DNA from: Gordius albopunctatus
Taxonomy: Eukaryota
Length of the DNA: 64,000 nt
Reading direction: 5' to 3'
NCBI GenBank assembly: GCA_964276515.1
Contig: OZ193909.1
Coordinates: 14,880,001-14,944,000 of the forward strand
Below, one piece after another: positions 37,843 through 50,145 of this stretch. A model generated the notes under the pieces. It searched no databases. It worked only from the letters and a program-made list of their open reading frames with translations, and was not told the DNA's origin. The translations under genes were made by a program, and so were the position numbers. Position 1 is the stretch's first letter. The number at the start of each line of letters is the position of its first letter.

Positions 37843-39642
37843 TTAAATAGCCCAATTTTTTGTTGCTCCACCCGTATTTATGATATTTTCATAAATATCC
37901 ATGCACAAATTTAACAGTGTACACCGCGACATGAATGGAAAATCTTTTTTCGCTTTTATAGTTTCAGCCACTGCCATTTGGGCAGCGTCTATGCTACCCC
38001 TTCGGGTAAATACATCTTGAGGTCCAGTAGGACCTTGTTGGAAATTGGCTTGTGGGCCCCCCATGAAACTCGGTTGCATCATTCCTTGATTCCCTATTAA
38101 TTTTGAAAAAAAATTAAAATATAAAAGATCGTTTTTAAGATAATAACTATGCAAACCTTTATCTTATATATAAAAATGAAACTATGTGTGTGGCCGCCAC
38201 CAATTTTGAAGAACTACCAGACCGATTTGGCTCAAAATTTCACAGTTTATTCCTGACACTCTGGAGCATGTTTTAAGATATGTTCGAGCCAAATCGGTCA
38301 AGCAGTTTTTGAGTTAGTTTGTTTTATATGTTTTGCCGTTTACTAACACGTCAATCAAACGCAACCTCATGACGTACTGCCTATCTAAATGAAAGTATAT
38401 GTGTCATGCGAGTAGGTAGGTTAGTGTGATAAATGTAAGCAGGCATGTGCTACGGAAAATGGAAACTTTTTACGATTTGAAACATGGGCATACGCAGGTT
38501 TTGATTTTCTCGACTATCCAAAAATTTTCATGAGAGCTAAAAAAAGGTCTTCGACTACTAAATTCCTAAATTTTTCCTGAGACCCGCAAGGGGTAGCGGC
38601 CCTCCCTGCCCTCCCCTGACTAATTAGGGGGGGGGGGGCAAAACATAATTTTTAAGGGTTTTTGTATTGAAAAATTATTTTTTTAAATTAGGCCCCCCCT
38701 GCCCCCCCCGCTGGGTACGCCCATGAATCAAAGTCATTTTTTTATTATTTTTTACGTCAATTATTATTATTATAGAAGGGTCGTGTCTCCTCCTGCGTGG
38801 CTAAATAAAATAAAAAATTCTAATTTTGTCATTTTTTGCGCGTTAAATAAGGATAAAATGAAAATACAATTAACAAAGTGCCAATAAATGTTGATATAAT
38901 TTAGTTATTCGGACATTATGAAGTTCAGAATTAAAAGTTTTATTCAGAAACAAATAATTATGATATTGCTTCTTAATTACAAAAAAATATAAAAAATTGC
39001 TTGAAGGGCCAGGGGGCCAAAGATTTTTCCCTTGGGGGGGGGGCATGGGGCCAGGTTTTCTCTCTTGGGTGGGCCTTGGACCCTCTTTAACTATTTGTTT
39101 AAAAATTATCAAATTTTATTTTAACTTCAATAACCGCTTTATCATCTTATATCCCCTAAAATTCCAACATAATTTAATACACCCGGGTAAATGGCAAAAC
39201 AACGTTTGCCGGGTTCATCTAGTAGCTACATAAATATTAACAAATTAAAAAAGTGTTAAAACTAAGCAGCGAATATTTTGTATGTTTTCAAAAGTCAAAA
39301 TTTTCGAAACAGTTTCTTGAGAATGGATTTGAAAAAAATAAAATCCATCCCCAAGACTTTTTTGCTCCACACTTTGACAATAAAAAGGTAATACTCTTTA
39401 TTTAAGTAAAATTTAATAGTTTCGCCAGATGTGAAAGCTAGATAACCTTAATTAAATCTAATAGTTTAATACGATAGCCATAATTTATTTAAATAAAATG
39501 GTTTAAGTATGTGCTTTCGTAATAATATATTTGAACCCGGAGCCATCATAGGACCCTGAAAAGACTGTTGATAATGTGGCATCTGATTCATACCGGGCTG
39601 TTGCATAGCCATGCCAAAGTTGCCAGGAAAATTGGGATTCAT
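37843..39642 (-). CDS. Putative two-exon small protein (39642-39537, 38093-37843) with a Q/G/P/M-rich low-complexity N-terminus; no family recognised
   Basis: MNPNFPGNFGMAMQQPGMNQMPHYQQSFQGPMMAPG|NQGMMQPSFMGGPQANFQQGPTGPQDVFTRRGSIDAAQ...; phase-1 GT/AG junction joining two GC-richer islands of matching composition. Confidence 0.65.
38162..39222 (+). mobile_element. Full-length non-autonomous Helitron in the intron of the orphan gene
   Basis: A|TC 5' end, 3' CCCGGG...CCGGG hairpin and CTAG|T, no TSD. Confidence 0.8.
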
Positions 39643-42600
39643 GTTTTTATGTCTATTATTAATAAATGTTAAAATATAGCATAAAAAATGAATATTAGTA
39701 AAAATAATTTGTGTGTTTTTATTCCAGTAAGATTAAACTTTATACTTTTTATGAATACTACGTTGGGTACGTTGGAAAGCGGGTTCTGAAGACTTAAGCG
39801 TTTAACAGTTATACTAGGATCAGCATTGAATTTAGATAATATTTAAATGCTTTGCTGATAATGTCTGAAAATCTAAACACTGATATGATTATAACCAGGT
39901 AAAATTCACAAAAAACTACAGTAGTTATAATAATAATTTAAATGTTTTTATGTTTTATCATTGGCCACCCCGTTTAAAAAAATTGCATGGATATCATAAA
40001 TGTCGTTAAAACTTTATTTTGATATGCAGTTTTATAGATCCTTCCTATATCTTATACTAGATGAACCCGGTAAACGTTGTTTTGCCATTTACCCGGGTGT
40101 AGTTTGCCGCCGGGTTCATCTATTAATCATATATAAGCCAATATAGTTAATACAATCAATGGTAATACACGAACATTTTATTTATTTTTTATGTTAAGAG
40201 AATAAGTTTTTGTCAGAAATTAAGGAATCAATATAGTATTTAATTTGTTAGCTTTTAAATTCAAGAACTTATATAAATTGCATAGCAATTAATTCATTGG
40301 TTTTGTCTTGGGTTGTATTAAATTTTTTGGTATTGTTAATTTTATTTAGAGTTATAAGGTAGAATTAGTGAAGGGGCATAAAGTTGATATTATTCCTGAC
40401 GACGCCTCTGACTGAGAGCATTTATAGTTGTAATCATACAAAACGAGTGCAATTTAACGTACTTGAATTGATCAAGAATGGGCTAATATGAATAAAATCA
40501 AAAAAATTGTTGCACAACAATCAAAAAGATATAAAATTGCACTACATGATTAACATTTATTTTTCGAGTTTTTATTTTTTATTGTATTGAGGATGGCCTA
40601 TAATTGCTTTATGGTGTAAACTCAACTGAGCAAATTTATCAATTAACCATTTACTTATACATGTCAATTATTTTATAAATGTTTAAATAAGTCATAAAAT
40701 ACATAATTTGATTCATATTGTTTCCAATTTGTCCATAGTCATTTAGTTAAGAGTGAGCTAACGGATATAGCACCATTTAATAGTTGACATTTTGGTTCTC
40801 CGTTTTTTGATTTGCAAAATATAGATTTCAAAAACAGTTATAGACCTTTTAAATAATATTACAAAAAATAGATTAAAAGACTAAAACGTTTGTTTGCATT
40901 AAAATTGCCATTACAAAAAATGATAAAATATCAACCTATATAAAACCTTTGTAATAAAACATATACTAAATGCGGGAATTGAAAACAAAGATTTGAAAAA
41001 TTAACTCATTCAATTATGCAATATGCATTGATATAATCATGGGCGTGGCCAGGTTTCGGATTAGGGGGGGGGCAAAACGTTTAAAATTTCAATTAGGGAG
41101 GGGAAAAACATAAAAAAATTTCTCTTTTAGAACAATTTTTTCGTTATTCAGGGGGAGGGGGCGGCCGCCCCCTCCCTTGCTACGCTCATGGGTATAATTA
41201 TATAGAGACCTACAACGGGCCTTTTTAGGTCAGTCGGCCCGTCCGTAATAAAAAGCCCGGCCCGGACCCGTTAAAATATTAAATTATAAGCCCGGGCCCG
41301 ACCCGCTAATTTTATACAAAGCCCGAACCCGGCCCGGGCCCGTAAAATTTTTTTTTAAAATTTTTTTATCGTTTATTAATAAACCAATCAGGCACAAAAA
41401 TAATAATGGAATTTGAGCTTAGGCGAGGTCGAAAAAAGTAAAGTCAATCAGCGGTCAGCTAAACAAAAGTCTTTCACAGAAGTCCACGCCATTAAAAACC
41501 CGTATAAGTTTCTACGGCAATTATTGAAAAATTACAAGTTGGAGAGGACAGGACGGATAACCAAAAGAGAGCCCATAAATTGCATAGCAATTTATATAAA
41601 TAATTTTAAATAATATTAAAATAATTCACTCAATATTGCTAGAGGGTATAAATGGGGAGCCAAATATGGGCAGCTGCACCCCTCAAAATCCAAAAATTCC
41701 TGATGAAAATAACATTTTTTGCCCTATTTAAACTGCCCCCCTCCAATTTAAATTGGCTCCGCCCATGGGATCACGTGTATAAATTATCTTTAACATTTAT
41801 AATGCGTGTTGAGCTATTGATGGATTAATGAACTAGGATGGAAACAAAATTTAACTTTCCTTGTTAATTTAATATACATAAAATAATTACAAATTAGAAC
41901 ATTATAAAAACGCCTTCTTTTATACTAAATCTAATTAACTTTTGTATAACTAGGCCCGGCCCGTTACGTTATATATCGGCCCGTCTCTATAATTATATAT
42001 AATATATAAAGTTAACAATTTTATTGAGGGTATGATGAATGAACATTCTACACCACCAAATTGCATTTGCAATTTGACTTATTCCCAACCTAAAGTTCAG
42101 GTTTATTTAGAGAACTTTTAATAAGCTTTCATCCATCGGAAACAAGTTATATATAAATTGACTTAATATACCAAAAACTAACAACATGCATGTAAAAAAA
42201 CTTATTTTTAATTATGAATTATCTTTACTTCATATATTTACTCTAAGGTTAAACCGTCCCTCGGCGAGCCAAAAATGCATGTTTGAGACATGTTTTATAT
42301 TAACGGACATAAACCTTTATTTTATGGCATAGTAATGTAAAAAACAAAAACAAAAGCGCTACTTAATAATACAGTAGTATAAATAATGCATATTTTACCA
42401 CAATATGTATATATTGCACTTGAGGTTCACATAAATAAATACGATTCAACAAAATAAAAAGATGGAATATTACAATAATGCACATTTTTATATAAAAATA
42501 AAAAGGGATTTATTATTTTGGTGTATCAGCCAATATCACGGGTGGGTATATCATTCACCATTTCCAACCAGAAAGCGTTGTGACGCAAAAACATCTCTTC

Positions 42601-43039
42601 GTGTATTAGCCTTCCCCAATTGTCTGGATCGATTTCCTTTTAAAAAATTTAGTTTATTCAAACTTAAAACAAAATAACGACCTTAAATTAAATTTAAATT
42701 TTCCCAAATAAACCTAAAACAGCACTTTCCCTACTCTACGCTATGTTTGTAATTTATGGTAGCGGAAATATTTACTTAAAGCTAAAGGCAAAATTTTTAA
42801 TAATACATTAAATTTAAAAAATCAACATTTAGTCATGAATTGGAAGCAAAATTCTAACGTCCTTATTTAATTGTCCTATAAAACAATCGAAAATAATACA
42901 TTCTGGAGCATATAAAAGTAAAAATTAATATCCAAATCTAAAATAAATTAAAAGTAAACTAAATAAGAATGCTAACTTAGATAAATGAGCCAACACCTAA
43001 TTATAATGAGTAGTTGAGATTTGCAATCCAATTTGAAAT

Positions 43040-45700
43040 AAATCAATAAAAAGGCAACTAAGAATTAAAATCAGACTCACGGTCACTTTGTTGATCATGA
43101 TGGTACATATTTCCTTGATATATTCGTTTTTATCATTCATTAAATCAATAATAATTGGCAGGACACCTGAAATAGATTATATAACCAATGATTTTTAAAT
43201 TTAAAAATTAAACGATCTTTAAAATTAGACTGATAAATATCGTCTGCTTTCTCAAAAAAAAACTTACTTTCGTGCGATAGAACTTGGGCTTGGAGGGATT
43301 CGTTAAAGAGTAAAAGATAAAATGCAAAAACTATTTGGCAAACAAATTCGTCGTCTTCTTGCTTTCCTATGTATAATAAACATAATTATATAATAATTTT
43401 CGTTAATAACAACAAACCTTTCATTATTTCTGACAATACATCCAACAAAGAGATTTGATCGGCCAAAATTGAACCAACTTTCTCGGTTGTTATTAGGGCA
43501 TTTATCATGATAATAATGTTAAGCAATAAATCTTCATTATTTTCGCCTAAAAAATTTGACAAAGGAAAAGTCATTATATTTTTCAAATATCTAAATTTAA
43601 ATAATTATTACCTAAAGGGATTGCCAATTTAAGAAATGCTATAATAACTGAATCCAACAATGAGTCATTAATAATAACTTCATGTTCTTCAAAATTTTTA
43701 GATGCTTCTTGGTTCTTAATTGTTAGCTTAAATTCACCCAAATTTCCCACATTACCCAGAAGGGCTAACAACTCAATGTAATACAAAATATTAGTTTCCT
43801 CAAAAGAGTCCAAACTCAATATCATATCATTCACAAGCGGCTAAAAAGTTATGCATGAAACAAGACCAAATTAAAGTACCTTAAAATCATCGGGAGTATT
43901 ATAAGATATATTTTTTAGTGCTTTCATATACAAAGCATTCTTGGTTGCAATAACCTTCCTGACAAATTTTTCAAATAGTTTATTATCTTTAACAGCTGAT
44001 TCACAATTTGTTGGATTTGAGGTTAAGTTGATTAGTAATGCTTTTATAACTTTGCCAACATCAATTTCATCACCCACACTGCATATTTTATCTTGATATA
44101 TATCTTCCAATAACTGCAACAAAATACAATTAAATTTTATGCATTGTTTCACGAAAAACATAATATGTAATTATAATATTGAATAAACCTGTGAAACTAC
44201 ATTAGTTCTACTGAACCAAGCTAGATAATCTTGTTCCATGGAAAAATTATAATATATGCAAAACTTAAGGTAATATTGATCAAAATCTAATAAATATTAA
44301 ATACACATATAGTTAAAATTACCTATTATGTGGTTAAGCTTAGATATAAACCCTGATTTGATGAAATATTTACATATGTTGGAATCAAATGATAAATTAT
44401 ATATCAGGGCTAGCAATTGGAACAAACAACCTTTATCCAACATTATACAATCTTTGTCAAATAATTTTAAAAGCTTCTCTACAAAGTTTGATGAAACCTG
44501 TGGTGTAAATATGTTTTTAATTAAATTTTGTTCAGTAAAATAAGAACATAAATCATAAACTATATATGTATATATCCTTTATATCTTACCATGTTGACAA
44601 AGCTAGGATTATAGCTGAGTTTGTAAAATATTGTAAGTAATTCAGACTCAAAATCTGTATAGTTCTTTGTAATCAAACTGGAAACTATATCAAGAAATGA
44701 TGCATCTTTACAAATCTTTAAAAAATCATCTTCACTTAAATTATTTTGTAGAAAAACAAAATTCTTTAAAATATCTAAAAATGGATAATTAATAGGCTAT
44801 AAATTTTTTCCTCACATTTATATAACATATTTTGTCTCATTATTAATAATTTATAATTCTCTTTCATTGAATGTATTTCATTTTTGGAACATGTTTCCTG
44901 CTTCTTTTTATTTTTAATATCTTTATTGAGCAATGTGTATTGATCAATGCAAAAGGGTATAATCTTTAAAACATAAAATTGAGATTTTCTTAATTACTTT
45001 AAAAAATATTTCATACATCCGTTGCTCAAAAAAATACTGAGAATGTTCCCTATATTTTACTATTTCTGAAAAGATTTGACAAACATAAATTGCAATCTGA
45101 ATATCATCAGTAAAACTTTCTTTTAAGACACGATGGATTGTATTAAGTACATTGACTAACAACATTAATTAGCAAATTTTATTTATACCCTTTTCACAAA
45201 GTACTTTAACATTTTCAAAACTGTTGCATAGGTTCAATATATTTGTCAATCCTATTAATTTTTTCTCATTTGTTTCATATAGTAGTTCCAAATAATTATC
45301 AATTTTTAATAAATCTATGCATCATTATCTTATACATAATGAAATGTTACCATTTTTAATAGATAATTCATTGGTTCTTCGTATAAGTATTTGTAAAAGG
45401 CAAGAAAGTTCCTTCTTCTGATCGATAATATTAAATTTTGTAGCTAAATTTTCTGTCAAAGAGGACACATCAGAATTGTCACGTAAATTTAATAATTTAA
45501 TTCTTCATAATTTTTAATATAAATATATATAAATTACAGCTTGGTTGTAGGTTCGTTTTCGGTATCATCTAAACTCTTCCGTTTTACTATAATTATAGGT
45601 TCAATTGCGTGAACATCTAAGCTAATAGACATTAGCCTCATGTCAAAATCAGCTGTTTTTGTATAGCCCAGCACATTGTCTAAAATTTTAGTCGGACTCT
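43040..45700 (-). CDS. KIFAP3: Kinesin-associated protein 3 (armadillo-repeat kinesin-2 accessory subunit), divergent, many micro-introns; termini uncertain
   Basis: SLDVHAIEPIIIV, YLELLYE, IHRVLKESF, YKLLIMRQNML, LYNLSFDS, ALLINLT, KQEDDEFVCQIVFAFY and IIDLMNDKN occur in the same order as KAP3 motifs. Confidence 0.85.
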
Positions 45701-46304
45701 AAAATATTTGGGGACAATTTTTGGAAATGGTAGAAAATTTTAAATCTAAAATATTAATATAAGGTGTTACATATGTAGACAATTTAAACAAAAAAATATA
45801 TGTTCTTTAATACAATTTTTTAATAACAGAATAGACAATCCGCAAACCGCTTATAAAAGGTCACTAATAGGTTAATTGTCGTTTGTTTAAAAATAAACTA
45901 TTGTCTCTCACCCTTGCTGCTACTTATAATCTCTAAAATAGAAAGCTTATGGTTCTCATTAACCATGGAAAGTTCTGTAGGCGTAGCCAGGGGGCGGTAG
46001 GGAGAGGCGGCTGGCCACCTTTAAATCCAAGAGTTTATTAAAATTTTAGAAAATTATGGCTAAAATTTTAAAAAATGATTATTTTGCTCCTCCCTAAATT
46101 ATTTTTGCGCCCCTCTAATTCCAACGCTGGCTACGTCCATATATAAACCTATGATTCCCCAAATCGCCAAAGAAGGTTACACAATCAATGCAAGCAAAAA
46201 TACTGTCTTACATCTAATTTCATGGTATTTCTCATTAAAATTAAGCATAATTTAATTTAATTCTTTTATTTATCTAACCAGCCTCTTGATTTCTCAAATT
46301 TCTT

Positions 46305-46487
46305 TGTGGTGTTTGTAGTGTACTTAACGTTTTTTTATTACCCCTTTTATTCCCCCCCCCCTCACGCATACTTGTACGCGTTTCGTTTATGATGATTCAT
46401 ATTTTAAACGAAACGCGTACAAGTATGCGTGAGGGGGGGGAATAAAAGGGGTAATAAAAAAACGTTAAGTACACTACAAACACCACA
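46305..46487. mobile_element. 183-bp near-perfect palindromic insertion with TG...CA ends
   Basis: Arms of about 85 bp, identical apart from C10 versus G8, a 15-nt loop, and a 5-bp TSD TTCTT. Confidence 0.85.
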
Positions 46488-49306
46488 TTCTTAACTGTAT
46501 TATTTTACTGATAGCCATCACTTTCACATTTAGCTAGCTACAAGTCTCTGATTTAGGCACTTAAATATTCTAATATATAATAATCTCGCAAATTTCCTCT
46601 TACTTCACACACATACATTATTCTACAAATTAATCTCGCAAACCTCTTGCTTTAACAAAAACTCAAATCACGTGTAGATGAGTCTTGAACTGTCAAAAAA
46701 ATGTATTTAGAAGAATTGTTAACGCAACAGCGCACCATAGACTTCTTTTTGACCAAATAGCACCTTCTAGCATTAATCAGGAAATGGCTTTCTACACCGC
46801 TAAAACCAAGTAACCAATAGGCTTACCAGTAAATTGTCGGTATGTGGTCTTAAAATCCATCTATCACCTTAAATTTATGCTTTATTAATAATTAATCGTT
46901 TTCTATGCAAATTTTATTTATATTATTTTTTGCACAAACCATTATTTTAGTTAGTTTGCCAATTTGAACACATTTTTATATATCTTAATGGCAACCTTGA
47001 TTAATGTGTTTACATAAATTCGAGTATTGGTTTTACCGTTTTTTTGCCAGTCATAAACTTTATGTTTCATTTTCTCAATTAATTCACCATTGTTTATGAC
47101 CTTAACAATTTACCTAAATTTATATATTTTTCGCCTTTTAGTTGATTTTATTTCTTCGTTTAGTTTGCCTCAACATCAAAGCGTCAAGTTTACCTCTTCC
47201 TTTTTGCTTAAATCCCATTTGGTACACAATTAAAAAATATCCTAAGCATGAATATTTTTGGCTATATTTTACTTGTAAAGATTCCTTCTTATAATGTTAA
47301 ACTTTTTGTCATAAAAAGCTATTGTAAATTCCTCCATTCAAGCCACCCACAGATCCCATTAATTCTTTATTTAATCTAACATCCATATGAAGGTTAGAAT
47401 TCTTTACATTTATAGACTTTGCACTATTCTCAGTTATCTTTCTAAGCAATATTTTGCGGGTTTACATCAAATTTATATACTTATTATTGTGTATCTATTT
47501 TTGTTATATTTGCGCTATGAATTCATATATCTTTATACTAGAGATGTCATATTTTTCCCAACGCAAAAGTTTGGGAAATTTTTTACGGAAAATAATGGGG
47601 AAATATGGGGGAAACTAGAGAGCCCAATATAGAATGAATTAACAATATAAATAAATAATATCAACACAAAAATAATCACTTAAACATTCAATTTATATAA
47701 ACGGTCAAATAATTTATTACACGCATCAAGAAGTTCAATATAAGCTATGTATATATAGAAATATTTTTTAATTTATATCATATTCCAAATAGTTGTCTAA
47801 TAAACAAATTCATTTGTCTTCAGACAATAGTTAACTTACACACCTTTCTATATTTGATGTGAAATTTTTCCAAATCTGAAGTATATTAAAGTTATACTCC
47901 CTTAAGTTACATTTTTTATTTAACCTAGAAAAATTTATCATTTTTTTTTCAAAACTAGCAAGTAAAAAGATCTATAAATTTACGATTTTTCGTCTAATGA
48001 GTTAAAATATTTAAGTTTGAAGAAAGAAATATTAATAAAAAAAAATCTATAGGCCTCCACCACAATTCATCAAATATGCTTATTTATTAATCAAAATTAT
48101 TTGTACAATCAAAACATGCGCCAATCTTGTTTAGTAGGAGGCATGACAATTTATTAACGCACAGACAAGTTTGGGAGAAAAGGTTAAGACGAGAAAATTT
48201 AACCACAAAAATAATGCAATAAATAAATGGTTAAAACTAAATTAAATTATATTTAAACAATTTAATTAAGAATACAATTCACGACAAATTTTTAAGAGAT
48301 CAATATGACCCAGGCCTCTCAAATGCCATATATCTCGTATACTATTGTTACAAAATGCGCAAAACTTGTTGAAATTTATACTTTTAGTTAATCTATTAAA
48401 AATTGAAATCTGATTTATTGTAAAATTTTTTAGTATAAATTAAAATATCCCTTGTGTCCTATTAGCCCGTGGAACCAACAAATGGTTAAAAATATTTTAT
48501 TTCAGAAATTTTATTATTGATTAACCTTCTTTAATGTTTTTTATCATATTTAAAATTATAGATTTGACTTATTGTCTGTGTATAATAAGCCAAATACATA
48601 TTTTTTAACCTTCCCTAAAAACAAAAATTTGCAATTCCAAACAGGGAACTGATGCTTTGGCGTTCCATTTGTCTTAAAACGATGTAGTTCAAGTTCCTCC
48701 TTTTCCCAGTTAAGTTCTATAAATTTCTTCAAAAAATTCTATTTTTGCCATCTAAAACCTTTTTTGGGAAGTTTACATGGGAAGAGAGCAGAAATTTATT
48801 AAAATTATGGCATAAATTTCAAAAATATTTTATTTTGCCCCCACCTCATAAATCATTATTACCCCCACCCCCTCTGATTCCAATGCGCGCTACGCCCATG
48901 GAACTTTATAAAGACCACAATAATGGTATTTTAGGTTTTTTCAAATGCATTTTTATCAATATTTATGATTTTTCTTTCACGCTTATTGGATTTAGGATGT
49001 TTTGGAATCAAAAGTCGGGCTAGGATAAATGCGATAGTTTTTACATAAAATTTAATAATGTTTTTGAATCAATGGTCAGTTTTTACACGTTAAATAAACG
49101 GCTTTGAATGCAATTGCTTTTATTAATATACAACTCTAATATTTAAAATTAAGCGATTGATATAAACATACCAATACAAAATAACTCTACGTAAAACAAT
49201 TGAGCAATAATCATACAAGTAGAATGGGGAAAATATTTGCACGTAAAATTGCATTAATCCGCATGTCTATTTAAAATTCTTCTTTAAATGGTAACGATGC
49301 CAAAAA

Positions 49307-50085
49307 TTATCTGGTGTTAGATGTTCCAACAAAAATTATTTTTGACTCGGAAGGTATGATCTTGAATTTCATATATTTGAGATTGGAGTTAGAATTATCC
49401 ATATCTTTATTTTGAATCAAAGGCATTGTTGGGGCTGCTGAAGGATCTAACCATGTCTTGTTGTTGTCATCATGCGATTCTTTAGCCATTTTTATTCTTT
49501 TCAGTTTGGAACGTTTATTTTGGAACCAATTTTTAACCTATAAAAAATTAAATAGTTTAATTTATAGATACCCTTTCTAAACTTATTAACATAACATATT
49601 ATATCATAGCATCTAAAATCTACTTGAGTGGCGGTTAAATTTAAGTGGTGTGCCACGCATTCTCTCTGAGCAAAAGATATGTAAGGGTGAGATGAATAGA
49701 TAACTTCAAGATAATCGATCTGATTTTGTGTAAAACTGGACTTAGGCTTTTTTATCACTTCGTAAGGAGTTCGCCTAAAGTAAGTTTTTATATTAAAATC
49801 ATAAGGTAATTTATAATACTGTTTTAAGGTTGTAGGCTGAACATCACGGTTTACTGCGACTGGTTGTACGTTGCTAAAGATGGGAATATTTTTCGGGAAG
49901 GGTATATCTTGTATGGATACAATATCTCTGATAATTTTTTTAATGTTTAATATATCTGGTATAGTCCAAGTTTGTGAGTATTTAGTTCGATCAGTTTCCA
50001 TGTTCAACAATACATCTATGACCGATTGATGACCGTACCTATAGTATTGATCATATTTTTGAAATCTGGGATCATATGGAAACAT
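49307..50085 (-). CDS. ANTP-class (NK-like) homeobox transcription factor; exons 50085-49624 and 49537-49307
   Basis: KKPKSSFTQNQIDYLEVIYSSHPYISFAQRECVAHHLNLTATQ|VKNWFQNKRSKLKR, with the intron at the Q|V position and an eh1-like WTIPDIL motif upstream. Confidence 0.88.
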
Positions 50086-50137
50086 GATTCTAATCGTAGA
50101 GAAATTAATTATAATATTGAATTAATTTAAATAGCAG

Positions 50138-50145
50138 TTTATATA
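50138..50145 (-). promoter_or_regulatory. Candidate TATA box of the homeobox gene
   Basis: TATATAAA about 55 bp upstream of the ATG, with G/C flanks. The AT-rich background makes this weak evidence. Confidence 0.3.
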
